From Amoebidium appalachense (Eukaryota > Protista > Ichthyosporea), in contig CAVNZM010000008.1 of NCBI GenBank assembly GCA_963693365.1, forward strand, positions 2,819,572 to 2,883,571: a stretch of 64,000 nucleotides of DNA, in the 5' to 3' direction. Position numbers and translations under genes: made by a program. Each line of letters starts with the position of its first letter. The first letter of the stretch is position 1. Positions 13,584 through 53,752 of the stretch are shown in pieces. The notes under the pieces are model-generated. The model saw only the letters and a list, made by a program, of their open reading frames with translations. It had not been told where the DNA came from and searched no databases.

Positions 13584-14112
13584 GGGGGGGTGATGTATGC
13601 GTTAGAGTGTTGAAAGTGTGGAGGAGACAACAAAGAGCAACAACAAAACGTCACAAAAGCGGGAAAACCAAAATTAAACAAAATAAGCGTGCAGGCAGAA
13701 GACACTTGAACAGAGCCCATCATCAGGGGGGTTCCTATGCCTCCACAAAAGCATGGGTTTCAACTCTTTAACCTTTCGCGCGAGGTTCCCAACCCATACT
13801 TTGTTTCAACAGCATTTAAGGGGGGGGGAAGGATATTGTAAGAATATCTCACCTAGCGGTGCCCGATGGCAAAGATATCTCCTGCTCGCCTCTCCTCTTA
13901 GGGCATGGCCCACCAAAGGGCCGTGGCACAGTCCACAGCCACAGGGCTGAGGCCCAGCCCAGACTGAAGTCACTGCCCACACGCTCGGGTTTCTCCAAAA
14001 GAACAAACTTGTTGCCGTACATGAACTCACTTAGTTGCCCCTGAGTGTGGAGAAAAGAAGAGGGACAAAAAAAGAAGAAGTGGAAAAAAAGGTGTGTGTG
14101 TGTGTGCGTGTT

Positions 14113-14173
<61 letters not shown>

Positions 14174-14219
14174 AACTGTTAGTTCGGCAGCAGAGGAAAG
14201 AAAAGGAGGAAAAGGCGCG

Positions 14220-14279
<60 letters not shown>

Positions 14280-14296
14280 TTTTTTTTGGTGGTGGT

Positions 14297-14340
<44 letters not shown>

Positions 14341-17179
14341 GAAGAGATTGCACATACACCTGCACACACACAGGCACTCGCGCATACACGTGCACACATT
14401 CTTTTACTCGTTTTACGGTGTAGTCTGAATGGCTCCTCCTTTCTGGGTGGGGGTTATTGGTTGGGGGAGGGGGGTGGATGTGCATGCGGTATAAAGTGTG
14501 AAGTCAATTATACACAACAAATGCAGGGCATAGAGCTGGATAAAAAACCCCAACCAATAACCCCCACCCAGAAAGGAGGAGCCAGTCAGACTACACCGTA
14601 AAACGAGTAAAAGAATGTGTGCACGTGTATGCGCGAGTGCCTGTGTGTGTGCAGGTGTATGTGCAATCTCTTCTCTACTCTTATTCCAAGCTTTCGTCAG
14701 GATATAAGATGAAAATTGAATTCCTAAATCCAGAAATCCGAAAAATTGGAGTTTAGAGGTCTGAAAAATCTCCTTCCGTCTCTCCCCCTGTTCTACAAAT
14801 GCATGGGTGAGCGTTCGTGTGCGGTGTGGGTGTGGACGTGGTTTGGGCAGGTGCATTGTGTGTCGGGGTGTGGGTCCGAAGGTGCGTGAGCGTGTTCATC
14901 TTTATGAGTTTATGAGTGTGCGTGTGCACGCTCCTGCCGTGTATGTGGCTGCAAAGTGTGTCCGTGTTCAGTTGTACGTGTGTGTTTCTGTGCATCCGAA
15001 GGTGCGTGAGCGTGTTCATCTTTATGAGTTTATGAGTGTGCGTGTGCACGCTCCTGCCGTGTATGTGGCTGCAAAGTGTGTCCGTGTTCAGTTGTACGTG
15101 TGTGTTTCTGTGCAAAGTTATAGCGCACATGCCAGTCGTCCTGCCCATGCTTGTGCCTGTGCATGCACCTGGCACCTATGCCTGAGCATGTGAATGTGTG
15201 CACGTGTGCCTGTGGCTGTGCCTGTGCATGTACGTGCACGTGTGCCTGTGCCTGTGCATGTGCATGTACGTGCACGTGTGCCTGTGCATGTACGTGCACG
15301 TGTGCCTGTGGCTGTGCCTGTACGTGCACGTGTGCCTGTGGCTGTGCATGTACGTGCACGTGTGCCTGTGCCTGTGCCTGTGCATGTACGTGTGCCTGTG
15401 CCTGTGCATATACGTGCACGTGTGCCTGTGCCTGTGCATGTACGTGCACGTGTGCCTGTGCCTGTGCCTGTGCATGTACGTGCACGTGTGAATGTGCATG
15501 TACGTGCACGTGTGCCTGTGCCTGTGCATGTGCATGTACGTGCACGTGTGCCTGTGCCTGTGCATGTACGTGCACGTGTGCCTGTGCACGTGTGCCTGTG
15601 CCTGTGCCTGTGCATGTGCATGTACGTGCACGTGTGCCTGTGCCTGTGCATGTACGTGCACGTGTGCCTGTGCCTGTGCCTGTGCCTGTGCATGTGCATG
15701 TGCATGTACGTGCACGTGTGCCTGTGCATGTGCATGTACGTGCACGTGCACGTGTGCCTGTGCCTGTGCCTGTACGTGCACGTGTGCCTGTGCATGTGCA
15801 TGTACGTACACGTGTGCCTGAGCCTGTGCATGTACGTGCACGTGTGCCTGTGCCTGTGCATGTGCATGTGCATGTACGTGCACGTGTGCCTGTGCATGTG
15901 CATGTACGTGCACGTGCACGTGTGCCTGTGCAAGTGCATGTACGTGTGCCTGTGCCTGTGCATGTACGTGGACGTGTGCCTGTGCCTGTGCCTGTGCATG
16001 TACGTGCACGTGTGCCTGTGCCTGTGCATGTGCATGTACGTGCACGTGTGCCTGGGCCCTCACATAGTGCTCGTTGCCTGTCAGCATCATGGGCCCTCTG
16101 CCGTGGTAGCTCTTGCCCTCCACACAGGGATACTCCTGCTCCCCCGTGCTCTTGGTGCAGTACGGGTTGGTCGGCAACGCCTGGAAATGGAAAAGACGTG
16201 TGTGTGTGTGTGCTTGTCTGTTTGGGTGCATGTGTGTGGCTGGGCGGTTGTCCGCCCTCCCCCCTCTTTCCCCCCCGGAACACATGTCTCTCCTACCCTC
16301 CTCCCCACCCCCTCCCCCTTATCCCTGATTTGTGTGCGCACGCGTGCAAACGTGTGTGTTTGCATGTGCGTGTGGGTGTTTGCAGATACCTTCACACACG
16401 TCATGCCCCCCCCCCCCTCCCCCTCCCCCCCCATCTTTCTCCCACTACCACCCACCCACCCTCCCTCTCTATCCTCCCCCCCTCCCTCTCCTTCCCACCC
16501 TCCCTACCTTATATTAGCAGTAAGTTATCTATCCCCCCTCCTGTTACCCCTGTCACCCCCTTCCCCCCCCCCTCCCCCTCCCCCCCGTGCCACACTACAA
16601 AAAGGAGTTGGAACGAAATAAGAACATCAAGACATGCAGCCGTAGACACACACACACACACACACCATAAGCTTGCCGCACACGCGCAACATACCCACCC
16701 ACACTCACACACTCATACCCACACCCACCCACCCACACCACCCCCCTACACTATCATACTCCTCCCCCCCCCCCCCCCCCCCCCCCCTCCCTCCCCTTCC
16801 CAATCTACCCAATCTACCCAGATCCCCCCCCCCCCCCCCCCCCCTCCCAACCCACCTTATCCTCAAACACCGTCAATCCCATCGTAGCCTTTGACACGTG
16901 GGCAAAAAAAGCCGCCGCCTCTCTCCTTGCTTGCTCGAAGGGTCCGGAACAGAAATCATTGAAAACGTGCGGTCGCAAACCCAATGCACGGGAAATATTC
17001 TGTCGGAGAGACTCGGCGGCTTCTGTGCCGGTCAAATTTCCATAGACCATTAGACCCCCATTGGAGGCTAGGGGGCTGAACATCTGGAGGATGTGCGACA
17101 CGGAGACGGTGCTTTCGAATGCTGCCTGAAGGGTGGGGTGGGGTGGAAGGGGATTAGTGTGTGTGTGTGTGTGTGCGTG

Positions 17180-17221
<42 letters not shown>

Positions 17222-17417
17222 TTTGAGTGTGAGTGTGTGTGAGTGTGAGAGTGTAAGAGTGCGAGAGTGTGAATGAGTGAGTGAGTCAGTGAGTGAGTGA
17301 GTGAGTGAGTGAGTGAGTGAGTGAGTGAGTGAGTGAGTGAGTGAGTGAGTGAGTGAGTGAGTGAGTGAGTGAGTGAGTGAGTGAGTGAGTGAGTGTTGTG
17401 TGTGTGTGTGCGCGCGC

Positions 17418-17451
<34 letters not shown>

Positions 17452-18876
17452 CTGGGTGTGTGCGCATGCGAACTCCCCCCTCCTCCCTTCCCCCCCAACC
17501 GGGGGAGGGGGGAGGGAGAGGGGCAAGGGAGGCAAAGGGAGCGAAAACAACGGACAAGAATCCTTCCGGTCAACAATCTCGGGTTACAAGGCACAACCCC
17601 CGTGGCCGTGGGTGTGCAAACACAAAAGAAACTACAGTGGCAGGTTGTATCAACAAAGAGTCTGATACTGGGAGCACACATTGTAGGTGTGCGCGGGTGC
17701 GTTCGTGTGTGCGTGCATGTGTGTGTTGAGCACGCACGCGCGTGTGTGCATGCGTACACGTGTGTGAAAGTCTGTATGTATATGTCCATGTGTATCTGTG
17801 TGTATCTGTGTGTGTCGTGTTTGCGCGCGCGCGCGCGTGTGTGTGTGTGTATGCATGCATCTATGCGTGCATACTGGAGACCAAGGGGGGAAAGGGGGAA
17901 GAAAAGAGGGCACGAGCCCGTCATACCTTGGCCAAATCCCCAGGTGAAGTTGTAGCCGTTGCATTCTCCCCCTCCTCCCCCTCCCCACCACTCACCGTAC
18001 TGTTCATATCCCCTGTCGCACTTTCCTCCACACCTCCCGTTTCACTTTCCGTTTCAGTTTCTGTTTGTGTTGCCGCCTCCGTTTCGACCCCAGTCGGTTC
18101 TGCAAACTCAGTTGTTGCCATTGTTTCATGTTGTGTTTCCATTGTAGGGGATGGTTCAGATGGTGAAGTGTGGAAGTCAGAATCGTGGGCGGTTGCGGGT
18201 GCGATTGGGTCAGAGGGGGATTCAGTGGGAATGGGGGTTGGAGGTGATTCGGTGGCGAGCGTTGAGTTGGTGTGGTGTGTGGGTTTGGGTTTGGGCTTGT
18301 GCGTGGCTATGTGGGATTCCGTTGGCGTGATTGGAGTTTCGCTTGCTTCAATTTTGGTGGTGGTGGCGGTGGCAGAATCGGAATCAGATGAAGAACTCGT
18401 TTGCTCCACCATAGGTGAGCCAGAAACCATATCAGATACAGATTCGGAGGTGGGGGTCTGTTCACTCATGTGTGTAGATGACGTCTTCTTTGTGTGTGGT
18501 TTACCAAGGGTGGTCGACTCGGGAGCAACGGTTTGTGTGTCGTTGGTAGGAGGAAGTAGAGTGGGAATAGTCGGTGGTTCGGATGAGGCGGGTGGGCTGG
18601 TTGCGGGGGTTGCCGTGGGAATCGCAACAGGGGAAGTTGAAGGGGAAGGAAGAGGGGGAGGGGGAGGGGGAGGGGGAGGGAGGGGGGGAAGGGGAGGGTG
18701 TAGGGATGGATGGCACGGGTGGCTCGATGGTTTTTGGCGGTTGGTCTGAAGAAGAGGAAGTGTTGTTGCCGGCCATGGGATCAGAACCACTGGAAGGAGA
18801 TAAGGAGGCATTACACGAGTCAGGGATCTTGTAAAGCAACATATGCATGTGAGACATCAGGTATTCATGAGGGTGT

Positions 18877-18907
<31 letters not shown>

Positions 18908-19124
18908 GGGGGGGTTTAAACATGTTGGGAATACACCTTGATCCCGCAACACCAGTACGCAAACAAATCCAAATCGACCCTGCCCCCCCCCCCCCCCCCC
19001 CCCCCCTTCTTTTCTCTCCTGCATCCATAATTACTGCTGCGTTCATAATCACTACTTCGGCAACACATTCTCAATCCTCCCCCTCCCCCCTCCCCTCCCC
19101 CCTTCCCCTCTCCCTTTTGTTCCC

Positions 19125-19156
<32 letters not shown>

Positions 19157-20174
19157 TTTCCCCCTCCCCTCCTAGCCACCAAGCTAAGTCCACCCTCCCA
19201 CGCATCCAAACACACATCTCCAGTGTGCTGCCCATCCTTTTTAACTCCCTCACCCCCACCGCCTTCCTCTTCCCACCTCCCCACCTTGCTGCCACTCTGC
19301 CCGGTCTGCTTATAAACACCTCCCTCCGGTTAGTGTGTCTTCTCTGTCTCTCTTTCCATTCACACTTCCCCACAGCCATCCATACATCCACTACACCCCA
19401 CCACCCAGCTCCCCGTGAGTTGTGTCTATTATTGAAGTCGGCATAACACTAGGAATATACACTGCGTGTGTGGGTGAGTCCGTGAGCTGATAGAGGCATT
19501 GAGTAACCACGTGCGGGTGCGCCTGTGCGTGCCTGTGTGTGTGTGCGTGTTCGTGTGCGCGTGCGCGTGGGCCGTGTGTGCGTGAATGCGTGCGTGCTTG
19601 TCTGTGTGTGTGTATGTATGTGTGTGTGTGTCTGTGCTTGTCTGTTGTCTGCATGGTTGTGTGCGTAAGTTCGCTAAAGGCCGGCCAGGTCATGATGGTT
19701 GGGGATAGGATGGGAGGGAGGGAAGCAAGAGAGCAAAAGAGTGTGTGCATGAGAAGAGTGCATGTGGATGCTTTTGTTTGTGCGTCCGGATGGGTAGCTG
19801 GGGGGAGGGGGTGAAAGGAAGGCAGAGAGAGAGACAGGCAGACAGAGTTTGAGTGTAAAGCGAGTGCGAAAACGAGGTGTTGGGAGGGGGGGGGGGGGGG
19901 GGGGGATGGGGAGGACGGGGGGCATTGTATGAGTAATGAGATATCCTCTGACAATGTCCTTTATAAACAAGGGAGCAAAAAGGGGCTCTCCCTGGGACGT
20001 AACAACGAAAAGGATGAGAAAAGAGTGTGAAAAGAAAGGCTCTAGGGGAAAAAAAGCAAGGTGTTGCATATACGGAATAGAACCACGCGAGGCCTAGAAA
20101 CAAGTGCCATGCATAATATAGGGGCATTACAGTAACACAAGATGAGCACCCTGAGAAATAAGATTTTTTTTTTT

Positions 20175-20205
<31 letters not shown>

Positions 20206-20364
20206 GGGGGGGAGGGGGGAGGAGGGGGGGAGGGGAAGGGACTCTTACAAGTCGACTCTGTGGTTCTGCACGCACAGGTGCACATCTCCAGGGTCTATCC
20301 GTGTGCATGACGTACCCTGACAGCATGGCTGTTTGGATGTGTGAGTGTGTGAGTGTGTGAGTGT

Positions 20365-20445
<81 letters not shown>

Positions 20446-20478
20446 CATGTGTGCGCGCGCGGCTGTGCGTTTGTGTGT

Positions 20479-20521
<43 letters not shown>

Positions 20522-21094
20522 TGTGCGAGTGCAAGTGTATATGTGCAAGTGCATGCATGGGTGTGCATGTGTACATGTGTGTGCCTGTCAGTTGGGCATG
20601 GAAGCTTTGTGGTGGTGGTGGGACGAGGGGGGGGGGGGGGGGGGGGTTGAAATTTGTGAGCTTGAGAGGAGGTTACATCGATCGTGGTCGTGATGGTGTG
20701 TTGGTAATTCTTTGGGGGCTTTCTTTTCTTTTCTTTTCGTTTCTTTTCTTTTTTCTTTTTGTTTTATTTATTTATTATTTATTTATTTATTTATTTTTTT
20801 TGGGGGGGGGAGGGGGAGGCACGGTGGAGGGAAGACGGGAGGGAAAAGAGTAGGGCGATGAAGTGTCATGCATAGAGACATATCTGTTTACTGACCCTAC
20901 CTGGCCACCGCTTATTTGGCACTCAGAATTGAGCAGGAGACACTTGGCTTCTGCATCCGCAACCGTCGAAAGATTCTGCCCTATGTTGGCAGCCACTGGC
21001 GGAAAAACGGAAGAGAATGGAGTGGTGGCGGTGGTGGTGGTGGTGGGGGAACGGGGGGAGGGGAGGGGAGGGGGGGGGGGGGGGGGGGGGGGGG

Positions 21095-21182
<88 letters not shown>

Positions 21183-21846
21183 ATCAATGGGAAAGGGCAG
21201 GGAAGGATAGGCCGGTGGGCCGGGGGAGGGGGGGGGAGAGGGGGGGGGGCAGGGGAGGGGAAGCAAATGAAGGGGAGAAGGGTGAGGCAGGGGGAGGGAG
21301 GAGGCGCGGGGAAGGGTGGAAGGGGAGGGGGAGGGGGGTGTCAGACTCACAACAACCGCCTGTTGCACACACCCAAATGCGACGGCCAGGGTGCAAAAAC
21401 AAAACTTGTCCGTGAATTATGCAAAAAAACACAGTGATGTATACCGTTGCTTCATAGCCAGTGACCCCCCCCCCCCCCCCCCCCCCCTCCCCCCCACACA
21501 CACCCACCCACCCACGGACACGTAAAAAGATGACACAAACACACACACAGACCTGAGCAGACACCCACATATACAGGCATGTGAGTGAATGCTTCAAAAC
21601 AGCCTACACTAAGCTTTCCTCGACCAACCTCAGACCTCCCCGCCCCTCCACTTCTTTTCAGCCATTTTCACCCACACACACACACCTGTGCCCTTTCCCG
21701 AAGAAGTAAAGAGCGAAAAAAAAGGGGGGGAGGGGGGGGGGGGGAGGGGGAGGGGAGGGGGCAAAAAAGTACATCTTGCCAGCAATCTTGCCAAATCAGC
21801 TGCATGAAACCCTAGCCTGGCAGTTTGTACACACACACTTATATAC

Positions 21847-21882
<36 letters not shown>

Positions 21883-22645
21883 CCCCCCTTCCCATCTCCC
21901 CTCCTTTCTCCCCCAGCCAGCTAAGACCACCACAGCAACCGTGCAAGCACACACAGACCTACACACGCTCACCTCCTCTATCGCCTGTTGTACCCGTCTC
22001 CCCCGTAGCCAAAGGGAAAGCCACCGCCAACCCAAACATAACCCCCACGGCCGCTGTCACCAACAACATCACCATACACCGTGTATTCTTCTTCTCTGCC
22101 TCTCTCTTCTCTTGCCTTCTTTTCCTCAATCTCTGACTGTGCAAGAGCACTCGCTCATGTTCCGCAGCCGCCAATCCCCTCACTGCCGCTCTGCTCGAAA
22201 GCTCTGGTTCTCTACGTGTGTTTCTTTGCACTCTCCCACCCAAAAGTGTGGCATTTTCCTGTGTAGAGAACTCATAACGTGGCCTGCCATCATCCAGATC
22301 TTCCCTGCTATCACTAAGTTCTCCCTCCTCATCCGACCCACCTGACACCTCCATTTGCAATCTGCTTGACTCCCCATTTCCCTCCTGGTTGCTATTTTTT
22401 CTCATACCCGCCATCATCCTTGGGCTGCGTAACTGCAGGGGACCCAGACCAGGTGAACCCCCTCTACTACTTGGTCTATTGTGCAAAGGTAACAGCTGAT
22501 TCGTAGAATCTACGTTTCCATCTCCATTCACAAAACTGTCATCTGAATCCTCCAGGGGCATGTCTGCATCCTCGTGGATTTCTAAGTGCAGGGATGTGTT
22601 GAGGGGATCCACCCCCAGAGGAAGATCTAACGGGGGTGCGCTCAT
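11758..22645 (-). CDS. Multi-exon type II membrane protein: TM, cystine knot, S/T/P stalk, catalytically degenerate GH19 chitinase-like domain
   Basis: Phase-compatible GT-AG exons: 22645-21973, 21811-21773, 21359-21351, 20980-20901, 20328-20249, 18827-17927, 17125-16856, 16180-16064, 14040-13853, 13512-13410 (tentative), 12845-12642, 11892-11758 (tentative). GH19 hallmarks: [12 protein letters not shown]...[46 protein letters not shown]. The GH19 part is secure; linkage across 20249-18827 is less certain. Confidence 0.8.
13591..13729 (-). repeat. Short interspersed element, CCCTGA(G/T)GATGGGCTCT family (divergent copy)
   Basis: Reverse complement of cagagcccatcatcaggg at 13711-13728 matches the family head; runs into a C-run on the minus strand. 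Confidence 0.6.
14339..14675. repeat. Near-perfect inverted repeat, 128-bp arms, ~81-bp spacer (intronic)
   Basis: Arm 14339-14466 is the reverse complement of 14548-14675 with one visible mismatch. Confidence 0.95.
14875..15114. repeat. Perfect 120-bp tandem duplication
   Basis: Sequence lines starting at 14881/14941 are repeated at 15001/15061. Confidence 0.95.
15190..16053. repeat. Hexamer-variant minisatellite (gtgcct/gtgcat/gtacgt/gcacgt), intronic
   Basis: ~860 bp of shuffled 6-mers; source of the spurious AQAHVH/TCT/VPV ORFs. Confidence 0.95.
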
Positions 22646-24539
22646 GGCACAAATTCAAACGAAAACGTAGCGTGGCGATTTTCTACTGTTCTGCCCCTAT
22701 TTCATGTGAAGAAATGTTATAGCCTAGTTAAAAGGTGTGTGTGTGTGTGTGTTCTATATTCTGGTATAATTCAAGAGGGGAGTGGGTGGGTGGGCCTGTG
22801 GGTGTGTGGAGCCCTGCCCTTTTTTTTTCCCCTTCACACTCCTGTCAAGTTCTCGGCTCATGAACGGGTGTGCGAAACAAAAAGGAACGGGACAGAGAGC
22901 AGGTTAAGAATAAAAAACCTTGAAAATAGCCTAGCATCTCATCAACAATACAAAACGGTACACGTCCCGTTTCACAGGAAGGAGTATGATTGACAAAAGG
23001 ATCCAAGAAGCATCCCAACTCAATATATAGATCAGAGCCCGAATCTCACCCAACACATCAAGCAATTTGTGTGCTTTTGCAAAGATAGTCAAAGCCTAGG
23101 CTATAGAAGCTGTGTGTTTACATAACAGCCATTGAGAACAAGAACTAAAAGGTTGAAACTAAACACTACGACTTTATGGGGAGGAAAAAAAGGAAAAAAA
23201 CCTCGTACATATTGCAAACATCAACTCCTGCTCGTCTATGTAGATCGCAGTTGTGTGTCAAGGCTTCGTGTTTCGCGATCCCATCAAAACTATTCGGATA
23301 AGTTGACCACTCGGTCCGGGTCTGAGCCAGGGAGAATCCGTTCTGTGGCAGATTCGCTGCCAATTTCAAGTCTCGCATCGAATGGAGCAAAACAGGTGAT
23401 TTTCTTCAAGAGGTTTGTATGCTTCATACCAACAAAACGTTATTAATATTGATTACAAGCTACTAAGCACATAATGTATCCACGCTAGGGGCCCCAATAA
23501 ATGCTATGATAACACTCTCCCTGTAGTCTTCCGGTTCGGGGCTGGAACCAGTCCTTCAATATCTGAACCGAACTTCTGGCTCGAATCGAAATGCCATTCA
23601 TAAAAATCATTCACAGCCCATGATTGGCTTGCCGGCTAACGGTGTGTTGCTGGTGTGACCGTCGTGCTGTTGCTTCGATCGCTGCCCCAACTCTTGTTTC
23701 CTCAGTGACGGCCTCGGTGTACTGTGCCACAATGGTTTGAAGGCTGCGTCGTTGAGATAGGCAATTTTGGAGGCACCTACATTTTTATGCTCAAGAAAGT
23801 TGAATTAAAGTGGAAGGCTCAATAGACGAGCACATCAGCCGATGGCCGACAAGTAGAGGTGCATCGAGCCTTGGGCTTGTGCAGAGGGAATGTGCTGCAG
23901 GCCAAGATCGACTCTGAGGCGTTCTGTTGTGGGTCACAGAGTTTCGTGGATTCGAAGATGTATCGTAGAGCAGCACATGAGTTTCCGTTTTATGCACAAC
24001 TGCGTGCTTCTGTGTACTGGTGGCTGCGGGTGCGGGTGGTAGAAGGTTGCCCAGGGTGTGGGCAAGGGGCTGATAATGGACTACAGCTAAGAGCGACATC
24101 TGCTTTGATGCACATAAGCTAATTCGCATGGTTGCCACGTATGCGGCTGATTCACTCGCAGGGACGAAAGGTGGGCCCGAGTGTGAGGGTGGGAAAGAAG
24201 AGGTGGGGGGGAAGGGAGGGTGGGAGACGTCAGTTTGTGTGCAGTGCCACGGCTGTGGGCTGCCACGTGGTAGAACAAGAAATAAGTTACGGATGAGTTA
24301 TGATGTCTATGTCGTAAAACACGGTGTTTTTGTGAAGTCACCGTGTTTGTGACAGGGGAAAACAACGGCCATGATCGCTGTTGATCCTTGACCGATTGTT
24401 CACCGTATGGTAGTGGTTTGCCAAGCCATGGTATTACGGTTTTTGCATCGATCCCAGCTGAACAGCTGAGGACCACTCGCCCAAGTAACCGGCGTGTGCG
24501 GTGTGAGCGAGTGCGCGTGTGCTAGTGTGTGTGTGTGCC

Positions 24540-24580
<41 letters not shown>

Positions 24581-24989
24581 TGTGTGTGTGTGTGTGCGTG
24601 TGTGCGTGTATATGTGTGCGCGTGTGCGCGCTTGCATGCGTGCGTGCATGTACGTGTGCTGTGCTGCGTGTGCGCGCGCTCGTGCGTGTGCATGTATGCG
24701 CGCATATGCATGTGTGCGTGCGTTTGGTGTGTGCAAGTGTAAGCTACGTGTGTGTGTGGTGTGTGTGTGTGTGTGTGTGTGTGTGGGGGGGGGGGGGGTT
24801 TAAGGGGGGGAGGGGGTTTTGGGGGGGGGGGGGGGGAAGGGGCTGGAGCCGCTAAACTGCTGTCGGCATTTGAATTGCAGGTGGAAGCCGGCATCTTCCC
24901 CCACCCACCTCCCTCCCTTCCCACGTACTTAATGCGGGTACCTCCCGCCCGCCTTGCCCAAGGCCCGGGGCTGGGGCTGGGGGCCGGAG

Positions 24990-25045
24990 GACCAAGCCAA
25001 CCAATCGCAAGCTTCTAAATGTAAAATGGCGCGAAAATTTGCCCG
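24990..25045. promoter_or_regulatory. Candidate FANCI promoter: CCAAT box plus E2F site
   Basis: ccaatc at ~25001; GGCGCGAAAA at 25028-25037 (TTTTCGCGCC on minus, matching E2F consensus TTTSSCGC), in a GC-rich patch ~380 bp upstream of the ATG. Confidence 0.55.
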
Positions 25046-25411
25046 TTTGTTCCCTGCGCTCGTCATGTCACAGTCCAATACTGTCCGGCGCGGCTTCACT
25101 GGAACCCGGCATGTTCGCTTGATGTTCCCATAACACCTTTATTTAAAGTAGACGTGGTCTCTCGCGTTTTACCTATAAATATTTAGTGGTTGCCGTTTCT
25201 CAAGATGCTGCTGCGCGGGCTCGCACACGTGCTCACATTAGGTTAAGCAAATGTTAGACACTCCACACCCCACTTCTCGTTACCAGTCATCCAGGTAGTT
25301 TTAGCTACGGAAACATAACCAACAAAATAAAAAAACAACAACATAACTGTTAATCACAAAGTAGTAAAGCTGTATACTGTTGTTGCAGTAGACACTTCCG
25401 ACAAATTGAAA

Positions 25412-53094
<27,683 letters not shown>

Positions 53095-53715
53095 TGACGT
53101 CATAGGGCTTTCTAGCCGATATTTTGATGTAATAGCACATCATAGAAGCAGGCAAATGTGGTATCCCTTAAGTACCTGTATTGGGTGTAGAAGCTAATAA
53201 TACATAGTGTTTAATATGCCATATTTGGCATGTGTGAGAGTAGCAACGCAGAAATGGCTGCATTAGTACTCGATTAGTGATTATTCTGAATGTTTCATTT
53301 CGAGATCTCAAATTTCTTTCAAGCATTGATTTTGTGTGTGTGTGTGTTTTTTTTTGGGGGGGGGGGGAGGGGGGAGGGGGGGGGGAGGGGGGGGGGGGGG
53401 GCTATGTTAACAGGTACTGATCATAATGCAAAGTATTTAGAATTACTCTATGTTTGCAAAGTTCTGTTTAGGTGCAGCTGCGTGAATGTATGGCTGGTTG
53501 ACCAATCCAGTTTGTTTTTGTCCACATATTCGAGACATTCTTATTATGCTCGCTAAGAAACTTGAAAGCCTTTGTAATAATGTAGGTGTGCAGGTGTGTT
53601 GGTATGAACCAAGCACTTAGCAGTTCCTAGAAAAAAAAGAACTGCAAGAGCACAGGTCTGACACCTACTAATATTAAGACCAAACACACAGTATTTGGAC
53701 GCCTACCCCCCCCCC

Positions 53716-53752
<37 letters not shown>

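Noticed and set aside
13711-13790. Complete type II hammerhead on the minus strand (gagttGAAA...CTGATGA)
   Set aside because: No NUH cleavage triplet or stem I, and the GAAA part is not shared by other copies.
15030-16887. Long ORFs of 300-578 aa (AQAHVH, TCTC, VPVPV)
   Set aside because: Stop-free translations of an intronic hexamer minisatellite; only 16180-16064 is a real exon.
19386-19448. Extra exon [21 protein letters not shown] in the GH19-like gene
   Set aside because: Good splice signals, but phase-incompatible with the upstream exon's best donor and it would need a 1-nt correction in the G-run near 18660. Left unresolved rather than modelled.
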